Counted from the first letter of the stretch, positions 24,019 through 30,671 are shown. The stretch: 32,000 nucleotides of DNA from Ktedonobacterales bacterium (GCA_030167145.1 CP126532.1:4590001-4622000); one strand, 5' to 3'. Made by a program: numbers and translations. Notes: generated by a model not told the origin, from the letters alone.

Positions 24019-25329
24019 GTGCCCAACACTTACGAAGAACAAGCCCGCGAGCGCCTGACCAAATCGCTCGCCTTCCTCAATACATCCCAATCGCTCTTGC
24101 AAGACGACCTGCTCTACCGCTCTGCCCTCGCCGACGCCGTCTCCTCCATCAAGAACATGCTCCAGGGCTATTTGCTGCTGCGCATCGCCGCCACCCCGCC
24201 CAGCGGCCTCACCCAGCAATGGCAAGACATCGCCAACAGCAACCGCATGCCTGAACTCATCACTGCCTGCACCCAGGCCGGCCTCGACCTGCGCGGCCTT
24301 GCCGTCGAAGTCAAACGCCTCAATAGCGAGCGCAACTCGCGCACTCACGACGATCCGCGCCGCCGCGTAGACGTTGAGCAGGCCGAGTACGCGCTCAAAG
24401 TCGCCCGCGAAGTCCAGGCGCGCATCAAAGATGCCGTCCAGGGTAAGTCTACGTCCCGCTCCCTCCCCGCCCGCGCCGTCGAGCGCGCCAAAGCCGCCTC
24501 CGGCGCGCTCAAGCCGCAGCCCGCAATCTCCCGCTCTGGCGTGCTGCCCGCCCTCACCACCGACGCCTTCGGCGACACCAGCGCCTACGCCAAAACCGCC
24601 GATCCACTCCCCGCCACACCCGCGCCCGGCGGCTCCAGCGGCAAACTCAGCGCGCCCACCTCCGCTACAGCATCATCCCCCACCAAAGCCGCCAGCAATG
24701 GCGCATCTCCCACCGCTGCCGCGCACGCCACCACTGACGACATCGCCGACGAAGTGACAGATGACGACGATTCCGGCAACACCACTGAATTCGCCGCCCT
24801 CGCGTCCTCCCGCACCCGCCAGCCGCGCGGACGCTTCACCAGTGGCCTCCTGCGCGTCGTCAGCATCGCCGCGCTGCTGATCCTTGGCGTCGTGGCGGGC
24901 GTTGGCCTCACCGTCCCCGTCACCACCGGTCACGCCCCTGGCTGGCTCAGCTTCGCCTCCAACCTGCTGCCTGCCACATCCACCGTTGCCATTGCCCCGG
25001 CCCCAACCGCCACAGCCACCCCCTTGCCCGCGCCTGCCCCCGTCACCCTCGGCGCACTCGTCATCGGCGCTCCCGTCTGCCAGAGCGGCGTGAGCATCAT
25101 CACCCTCACCAACACTGGCCAGCACGCCCTCGATTGGGCCGCTGGCAGCCACAGCCTCAGCGTCAGCATCGCCACCAAACCCGGCGGCGCGGGCCAGCCT
25201 GGCCAGCTTGGCACGCTCGCTCCCGGCGCCAGCCTCGCCCTCTACGTCAGCGGCAGCCCCGCCGCGCCCTACACGCTCACCATCACCACACCAGCGGGCG
25301 CTGTACAGATTCCCGCAGTGGCGTGTTAA
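24019..25329 (+). CDS. Single-pass membrane protein: N-terminal HEPN-like domain (RNSRTH), disordered Ala/Pro/Ser linker, TM helix, small C-terminal beta-rich ectodomain
   Basis: GTG at 24019 with GGGAGG 7 nt upstream. The helical N-terminal ~135 aa end in KRLNSERNSRTHDD, which fits the HEPN Rx4-6H motif (R-N-x3-H). TM helix LLRVVSIAALLILGVVAGVGLTV. The C-terminal ~100 aa are beta-rich and bracketed by Cys residues. Confidence 0.6.
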   Translation: MPNTYEEQARERLTKSLAFLNTSQSLLQDDLLYRSALADAVSSIKNMLQGYLLLRIAATPPSGLTQQWQDIANSNRMPELITACTQAGLDLRGLAVEVKRLNSERNSRTHDDPRRRVDVEQAEYALKVAREVQARIKDAVQGKSTSRSLPARAVERAKAASGALKPQPAISRSGVLPALTTDAFGDTSAYAKTADPLPATPAPGGSSGKLSAPTSATASSPTKAASNGASPTAAAHATTDDIADEVTDDDDSGNTTEFAALASSRTRQPRGRFTSGLLRVVSIAALLILGVVAGVGLTVPVTTGHAPGWLSFASNLLPATSTVAIAPAPTATATPLPAPAPVTLGALVIGAPVCQSGVSIITLTNTGQHALDWAAGSHSLSVSIATKPGGAGQPGQLGTLAPGASLALYVSGSPAAPYTLTITTPAGAVQIPAVAC

Positions 25330-25437
25330 TATAGATTTGGCTTCTGGCTGTTCTCGCTAGAAACCCACCGTGCACCCACACCCTGAATTCAGGTCACATC
25401 CGTATGTACACGCCTCTGGCGCAACGAGGAGCATCAC

Positions 25438-26676
25438 TTGGCTGCTGAAGTCGGCAAGAAATACGTCATCATCGGCAATGGCATCGCGGGCACCACCTGC
25501 GCCCAGGAACTTCGCAAGAGCGACCCTGCCTGCGACATCTGGCTCATCACCAACGAGCCATACCCGCTCTACAACCGCGTCTCCCTGCCCCGCTTCCTGC
25601 AAGGCGCGATCCCCGAAGAGCGTGTCATGATTCGCAACTTCGAGTGGCATGTCCAGCAGCGTATCACCCTCATCACCGAAACCCTCGTCACCCGCGTAGA
25701 CACCGCTGGCCGCGCCGTCTACCTCGAAAAGGGCGGCCCGCTCCCCTACGACGCCCTGCTCATCGCCACTGGCGGCTGGGCCAACCCCCTGCGCGTCCCC
25801 GGCGCGGCGGGCACGAACCGCATCTACAACTTCGTTACCCTCGACGACACCAAAGATCTCATCGCCGCCGCACTGGAAAGCAAACATGCTGTCACCTCCG
25901 GTGGCAGCTTCATCGCCTACGAGCTAACCGAAGGCTTCAACAAGCGCGGCGTCCACGTCACCTGGCTGATGCGCGGCCCCTACTGGCTCCGCACCATCCT
26001 CGATGAAGAAGGTGGCCGCCTCATAGATGAGATCGCCACCCATCACGGCGTCGAGGTTGTCCACGGCGAGGAACTGCGCGAAGTCGTTCCCGCTGGCGGC
26101 ATCCCCCATCACGTCATCTCCTCCACCGGCAAAGAATACCCCGCCGAGGTCATCGGCGTTGGCCTCGGCCTCACGCTCAACCACGCCTTCCTCGCCGACA
26201 CCCCCATCGAGCGCAAGACCGGCGTCGTCGTCAACCAATACTTGGAAACCAACATCCCCGGCGTCTATTCGGCGGGCGATCTCGCCGAGTTCTACGACAC
26301 GATGATCGGCCACCACCATACCATGGGCACCTGGGATAACGCCCTCGCCCACGGCAAAATCGCCGCCGCCAACATGGCTGGTGGCCACGAACCCTACTTC
26401 GACGTGCCCACCTACACCAGCCCGCTCTTCGACACCAACATCGCCGTCATGGGCATCGCCGAATCCAACAACCCCGACCTCACCTCCGTCTCGCGCACCA
26501 TGCCCGGCGACAAAGGTGGCAAAGACTATCGCAAGTTCTTCTTCATGGGCAACCGTCTCGTCGGCGCCGTCTTCATCGGCAGCCCCAAGGGTCGCAAAAA
26601 GGTTGTCGAGTTGATCCGCACCGGCGCGGAGTACGCCACCCCCGCCGACCGCGATGGTCTCTTCGCCGTCCGCTAA
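25438..26676 (+). CDS. FAD-dependent pyridine nucleotide-disulfide oxidoreductase family protein
   Basis: TTG start with GAGGAG 7 nt upstream. KYVIIGNGIAGTT (GxGxxG), LLIATGG, a second dinucleotide fold at VTSGGSFIAYE, and YSAGD near the FAD site. Confidence 0.85.
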   Translation: MAAEVGKKYVIIGNGIAGTTCAQELRKSDPACDIWLITNEPYPLYNRVSLPRFLQGAIPEERVMIRNFEWHVQQRITLITETLVTRVDTAGRAVYLEKGGPLPYDALLIATGGWANPLRVPGAAGTNRIYNFVTLDDTKDLIAAALESKHAVTSGGSFIAYELTEGFNKRGVHVTWLMRGPYWLRTILDEEGGRLIDEIATHHGVEVVHGEELREVVPAGGIPHHVISSTGKEYPAEVIGVGLGLTLNHAFLADTPIERKTGVVVNQYLETNIPGVYSAGDLAEFYDTMIGHHHTMGTWDNALAHGKIAAANMAGGHEPYFDVPTYTSPLFDTNIAVMGIAESNNPDLTSVSRTMPGDKGGKDYRKFFFMGNRLVGAVFIGSPKGRKKVVELIRTGAEYATPADRDGLFAVR

Positions 26677-26718
26677 CAACGCACAACTCTCGTACCGCTG
26701 GCGTCCCGCTGGCCTCAG

Positions 26719-26743
26719 GTAGGGCGGACATTCTTGTCTGCCC
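26719..26743 (+). repeat. REP-like element (core family copy), after the oxidoreductase gene
   Basis: GTAG + GGCGGACA-TTCT-TGTCTGCC (GGGCGGACATTCTTGTCTGCCC, 26722-26743), with the same G.T pair as the other copies. Confidence 0.7.
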
Positions 26744-26779
26744 TTGGCATCTCTTCAGCCCACGAAAGGAGCGCCCAGC

Positions 26780-27154
26780 ATGAATGCATCCCCCGGCGAC
26801 GCCATCGCCATCCTGCGCGCCTTCGGCGACTGCCTCGCGCAAGGCGACGCTGACGGCGCGATGGCGCTCTTCACCCCCGACGCCCTCTACGAAGAACCAC
26901 CCGCGCACACCTTCACTGGACGCGACGCCCTCCACGCCTTTATCGCCGACTTCGCCGCCCGCCACACCGCCGTCAGCTTCACCATCCTGCGCGCGCTGTC
27001 CAGCCCCACCGGCGATCTCCTCGCCGCCGAATGGCGCTGGGCCTACACCCGAACCGTAGATGGCACGCGCCGCGTCTTCGAGGGCATCAGCTTCGTCGAA
27101 CTGCGCGACGGCCTCATCGCCCACTGGCGCGGCTACTCCGCCCGCCTCGAATAA
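26780..27154 (+). CDS. SnoaL-like / NTF2-fold family protein
   Basis: ~125 aa: ILRAFGDCLAQGDADGAMALFTPDALYEEP...G.DAL.AF...F..LRDGLIAHWRGY, a typical SnoaL_2 pattern. I chose the ATG at 26780, preceded by AAAGGAG. Confidence 0.75.
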   Translation: MNASPGDAIAILRAFGDCLAQGDADGAMALFTPDALYEEPPAHTFTGRDALHAFIADFAARHTAVSFTILRALSSPTGDLLAAEWRWAYTRTVDGTRRVFEGISFVELRDGLIAHWRGYSARLE

Positions 27155-27412
27155 CCCCATTATCCGCTGAGTTATTGGCGCATTCACTCCGCGCGCCAGC
27201 CTGGGATTACCCTCGGCTCTTCAGGCCGAGAACTCGCTATGTTGCTCACCGTTATCTTCGCGCGAACCCTCCCTCCGGGATTACCCCTGGCATTCATGCT
27301 ACGTCCTCCCCATACCACCCAACCTGCCCTCCGCGCCCATCGTACAACCGCGATCCTTCCGGGCATTCATGCCGATCGGCTGTGCGTCGGCCATTGATGG
27401 CCGCGACCAGGA

Positions 27413-28843
27413 TCAATCTGCCGCCACTGCCTCCGCCACTGGCGCGCCCCGCTCGCCCACTTCGCCGTTCTCACCCGTCTCGCCCACGGATGGCCCGCCG
27501 CGCTCGCCTGCCAGCCGTACCCCGCGCAAGCTGCGCATCGTATACAAGCCACCTATTAACGCCAGCAAACCCGCCACCGCGAAGATCGTATCCACCGGGC
27601 TGAACGTCGTTCCCAGCGCGCTCACCCGCCAGCCGTGCAGCACTGTGCTCACCAGATACCCCGCCAGCGCGATAGAGATGAGCGACGCCACTGCCGCAAG
27701 CGGATTGAAGACCGCCGACACCCGCCCGACGAACTCGCGCGGCGTCACATGCAGCATCAGCGGCCCCGCCGCCACATTCACTCCTGCGTTGAAGATCCCC
27801 GCAATCCCCAGCAGCACCAGCGCAGGCGTAGGACTCGTCAGGCGTGAGTAGATCACCATAAAGATCCCTAGCCCTATGAAGCTGAGCCATAGCATCCGCG
27901 CCGCGCGAATCTGCCGTGCGAACACACTGCACAGCACCGCCCCCGCGATCAGCCCGACGCCGAACAGCGATTGCAGCAGCCCAAAGACCTCCACCGAACC
28001 ATGCAGGTTATCGGTGACAAAGAACACCTCCAGCGCATTCAGCGCCCCACCGCCCAACATCACGATCACCAGCGCAATCGCCAGCGTCATCAGCACCCGG
28101 TTGCTCCCGAAGAAGCGCATCCCCGCGAAGAACTCACCCAACACGCTTCCACGCTCTCCCGCCCGCACACTGCGCGCCGCTGGCGGCGCTTTCATCGCGA
28201 ATGCCGTCAGCAGCGACACCACGAACGACAGCGCATTGATCAGCAGCGCCCACTCCGCACCGAACGCCAGGAACAGCACTGGGGCGAGCGCTGGCCCGAT
28301 GATGAGGGCGAAACTCTGCGTCGCTTGTAGCATCCCCGATGCCCGCGACCGCATCTCCTCCGGCACAATGTCGCCGAGCAGCGCCATTGCCGCCGGACTA
28401 AAGAACCGTCCCAGCGCGTTCACCAGAAACACCGTCGCGTAGACCGCGCCAAGCTGCCACAGCAGCGGCAGCCGCCCACCCGGTACGAACGGCAGTGGCA
28501 CTGCGCCCGTCACCAGCAGCAGCAGCGCCACGATCACCGCCCGCAGCGCATCCACCATCATCATCGTGCGCCGCTTATCCCAGCGGTCCACAAAAACCCC
28601 CGCCAGTGGCCCTATCAGTGCCATCGGCACCGCCTCTGCCACCAGCACCGCGCTCACTGCCAGCGGCGCCCACGGCTGGCCCTTTGCCAGTGTCAGGGCA
28701 ATCCAGACGACCAGTGTGAACGTGAAAATGACATCGCCGGTGACCGAGACCGTCTGCCCCAGCCACAACAGTCCGAAGTTGCGATTGATGAAGAGTCCCG
28801 GCTTCTTTGCTGCTGGCGAGGGGTGTGCTGTGGTAGTATCCAA
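27413..28843 (-). CDS. MFS transporter (MFS_3/EntS-like architecture)
   Basis: FINRNFGLLWLGQTVSVTGDVIF..., GVFVDRWDKRR (loop 2-3 motif), about 12 TM segments. I propose a TTG start at 28843, preceded by GGAGGAG. The track start at 28921 adds a non-hydrophobic Arg/Thr-rich head. Confidence 0.8.
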   Translation of the reverse strand: MDTTTAHPSPAAKKPGLFINRNFGLLWLGQTVSVTGDVIFTFTLVVWIALTLAKGQPWAPLAVSAVLVAEAVPMALIGPLAGVFVDRWDKRRTMMMVDALRAVIVALLLLVTGAVPLPFVPGGRLPLLWQLGAVYATVFLVNALGRFFSPAAMALLGDIVPEEMRSRASGMLQATQSFALIIGPALAPVLFLAFGAEWALLINALSFVVSLLTAFAMKAPPAARSVRAGERGSVLGEFFAGMRFFGSNRVLMTLAIALVIVMLGGGALNALEVFFVTDNLHGSVEVFGLLQSLFGVGLIAGAVLCSVFARQIRAARMLWLSFIGLGIFMVIYSRLTSPTPALVLLGIAGIFNAGVNVAAGPLMLHVTPREFVGRVSAVFNPLAAVASLISIALAGYLVSTVLHGWRVSALGTTFSPVDTIFAVAGLLALIGGLYTMRSLRGVRLAGERGGPSVGETGENGEVGERGAPVAEAVAAD

Positions 28844-28899
28844 AGTGCTCCTCCATTCGGCGTAGACGTAGCGTTTGTAAGCGTTCGTGTGGGAGTCCC

Positions 28900-28939
28900 G
28901 CGTGCGGCATGTTTGCGGCATACCGCGCGCATCTTTTTT
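28900..28939 (+). terminator. Terminator-like hairpin plus T6 on the strand antisense to the regulator-MFS intergenic region
   Basis: GCGTGCGG (28900-28907) / CCGCGCGC (28923-28930): 8-bp stem with one G.U pair and a 15-nt loop, then ATC and TTTTTT (28934-28939). No plus-strand gene ends here. Confidence 0.3.
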
Positions 28940-28965
28940 GCCAATTCCTCAATTCCTGCCTGCGC

Positions 28966-29970
28966 TTATTCCTCTCCCCGTTCTCCCTTCCCTTCGAGCA
29001 CCGCGCGCACCGCTGGCGAGGCCGTCAGCGTGCCCTTGATGCGGAACCGCGCGACAGCCTGGTCGGCCAGGTCAGCGGGAATATCATCCGCGAAGATGCA
29101 CGCGCCGATCACATAGATGTCCATCAACTCGCCCCGCGCCACCGCGCGTTCCAGGTCGGCCCGCGAATATGACACAACACCCGCCGTAATCATTCGCCGT
29201 CGCTTCGGTCCGCCCTTGAAAGATGCCGGGTACGGCGGCCTGGGCATCTTCGGGATCTTCGGCGCTTTGGGTGGCCGTGGCGGCACGGGCGGAACGGGGG
29301 GAACCGGCGCACGTGGCACGCGTCGCGCTAGTCGTTCAAAATCATCGCCCATCACATCCTCCTCATCTTCAGCAGCCTCAACTTCAACAGCTTCGCCATC
29401 CGTTGGTACGGGCGTATAGGTGAAGCGCACCACCACATGCTCGCGCTCGCCCTCCACGCCGCGCCGATCCTCAAACGGCTTGAGCAACGCCCCAATCTGC
29501 GTAATCAGCTCTTTGGCCTCCTCTTTGGACATCCACAGGTGTGTCGCCGATACCTCCGTAACCAGCGTCATCTCGCCAGAACGCAGATTATACTCCAGCG
29601 ACTCCATGAAACCTCGCGCAAACGACTGGAAAAACTCGCCCATCGTCGCCAGCGTCTCATCCATTGGCATCGCCCGCAGCAGCGACGGCGGCACGATGAG
29701 ATCTCTAGCGATCAAGCGGTAGTATTTTTCCACGATGCCATCTTTCACGCGCTCCTCCACCAGCTTCACCAACCCCACCCGCTCCAGTTCGCGGATATGG
29801 TAGTGCGCCTTATTCGCCGGAATGCCCAACTCCTTGCCAACCATCGTCGCCGTCATCGCCTTCACCGCCAGCAAGTCCACAATCCGCACCCGCAACTCAT
29901 CGGCAATCGCCCGTAGCTGCTCCAGCGACTCCATCTCATACAACTGCGGTATGTCGTCCATCTGTATCAT
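28966..29970 (-). CDS. ArsR-like winged-helix regulator with a long C-terminal extension (helical region, acidic and poly-Pro linker, ~75-aa conserved-looking tail)
   Basis: HTH_20/ArsR-type segment LRVRIVDLLAVKAMTATMVGKELGIPANKAHYHIRELERVGLVKLVEE. I chose the ATG at 29970 (MIQMDD...) because a near-consensus promoter lies at 30010-30038, inside the longer track ORF. An MFS gene follows on the same strand. Confidence 0.75.
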   Translation of the reverse strand: MIQMDDIPQLYEMESLEQLRAIADELRVRIVDLLAVKAMTATMVGKELGIPANKAHYHIRELERVGLVKLVEERVKDGIVEKYYRLIARDLIVPPSLLRAMPMDETLATMGEFFQSFARGFMESLEYNLRSGEMTLVTEVSATHLWMSKEEAKELITQIGALLKPFEDRRGVEGEREHVVVRFTYTPVPTDGEAVEVEAAEDEEDVMGDDFERLARRVPRAPVPPVPPVPPRPPKAPKIPKMPRPPYPASFKGGPKRRRMITAGVVSYSRADLERAVARGELMDIYVIGACIFADDIPADLADQAVARFRIKGTLTASPAVRAVLEGKGERGEE

Positions 29971-30009
29971 CCAATTCTCTTGACCTATCAAATTTTCCTG
30001 AATGAGCAA

Positions 30010-30038
30010 AGTATACTGAGCATCTATCTCTCTGTCAA
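30010..30038 (-). promoter_or_regulatory. Near-consensus sigma70 promoter for the ArsR-like regulator gene
   Basis: Minus strand: TTGACA (30033-30038), 17-nt spacer, TATACT (30010-30015), in a locally AT-rich island. Confidence 0.6.
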
Positions 30039-30066
30039 GAGCCTCCGCATATTCGCCTCGCCATCC

Positions 30067-30095
30067 TTGATGATAGTGAACAAATATTCTATACT
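30067..30095 (+). promoter_or_regulatory. Divergent sigma70-like promoter firing toward the repeat region and tilS
   Basis: TTGATG (30067-30072), 17-nt spacer, TATACT (30090-30095). It sits back-to-back with the minus-strand promoter, 28 bp between the -35 elements. Confidence 0.55.
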
Positions 30096-30101
30096 GTCGT
30101 C

Positions 30102-30172
30102 TAGGAAATAGGAACTCGGTCAGCCAGAGCATCGCGCCGCGCCTCCCACCACGGGATCGCGCGGCGCTTTTG
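30102..30172 (+). ncRNA. Candidate ~70-nt small RNA or attenuator leader (promoter-to-terminator unit without an ORF)
   Basis: The predicted TSS is about 30102, 7 nt after the -10. The sequence CUAGGAAAUAGGAACUCGGUCAGCC... runs into the strong hairpin at 30134-30167 followed by UUUU. Boundaries are predicted, not measured. Confidence 0.35.
30134..30171 (+). terminator. Intrinsic terminator-like hairpin downstream of the 30.09-kb promoter
   Basis: GCGCCGCGC (30134-30142) / GCGCGGCGC (30159-30167): perfect 9-bp G+C stem with a 16-nt loop, followed by TTTT (30168-30171). There is no U-tract in the opposite orientation. Confidence 0.55.
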
Positions 30173-30357
30173 CACTCCCATCTATGATGCGGGCCGACCG
30201 TAAACGCATATCCGCTGCTTACCAAGCTACCAGCAAACACCTGTAACCGGGAGCACAGACCTCCATGTATCGCACAACACACACCGGCCATATCGGCCAC
30301 CGCCCAAATCGTGGCGAAAACGGCGGATTCCTTGCAATGTACAACCGGTTATATCGG

Positions 30358-30388
30358 GCACTGGTGAGGCGGACATTCCTGTCTGCCC
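30358..30388 (+). repeat. REP-like element (core family copy)
   Basis: GCACTGGTGAGGCGGACATTCCTGTCTGCCC. Head GTGA, stem GGCGGACA/TGTCTGCC with a G.T pair, loop TTCC. Confidence 0.7.
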
Positions 30389-30409
30389 TCGCGCGCATAT
30401 CGGCCACTG

Positions 30410-30433
30410 GTGGGGCGGACATTCCTGTCTGCC
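30410..30433 (+). repeat. REP-like element (core family copy), tandem to the previous one
   Basis: GTGG + GGCGGACATTCCTGTCTGCC, in the same orientation, 46 bp downstream of the previous core. Confidence 0.7.
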
Positions 30434-30544
30434 AGCGGTCACTCCGGCCACTCCGGCAACTGCACATGTTCGAAATTGCGGCGAAAACGGCGAAGAAATT
30501 CCCCCGATCTCCTGTCACGTCCCGTCATTCGCCCCCACCCATCC

Positions 30545-30569
30545 GCAAAAATCGGCAGAATCGGCAACT
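30545..30569 (+). repeat. 25-nt direct repeat, copy 1
   Basis: GCAAAAATCGGCAGAATCGGCAACT. It matches 30647-30671 at 24 of 25 positions. Confidence 0.8.
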
Positions 30570-30576
30570 TCGGCCA

Positions 30577-30621
30577 CACATCGGCCATATCGGCCATATC
30601 GGCCACTCCGGTCATCAGTGG
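30577..30621 (+). repeat. 9-bp tandem repeat tract (about 5 units)
   Basis: CACATCGGC CATATCGGC CATATCGGC CACTCCGGT CATCAGTGG. Related 9-mers occur at 30289-30300, 30396-30407 and 30440-30457. Confidence 0.75.
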
Positions 30622-30641
30622 GGCAGATCTTCCTCTCTGCC
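30618..30641 (+). repeat. Variant REP-like hairpin
   Basis: GTGG + GGCAGA-TCTTCCTC-TCTGCC (6-bp stem). It has the same head and CTGCC tail as the core family. Confidence 0.45.
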
Positions 30642-30646
30642 ACCAA

Positions 30647-30671
30647 GCAAAAATCGGCAGAATCGGAAACT
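30647..30671 (+). repeat. 25-nt direct repeat, copy 2
   Basis: GCAAAAATCGGCAGAATCGGAAACT, 102 bp downstream of copy 1. Confidence 0.8.

Noticed and set aside
28966-30300. Long 444-aa form of the ArsR-like ORF (start at 30300)
   Set aside because: The extra 110 residues span an AT-rich region holding two near-consensus divergent promoters and a terminator hairpin. The HTH domain begins right after the internal ATG at 29970.
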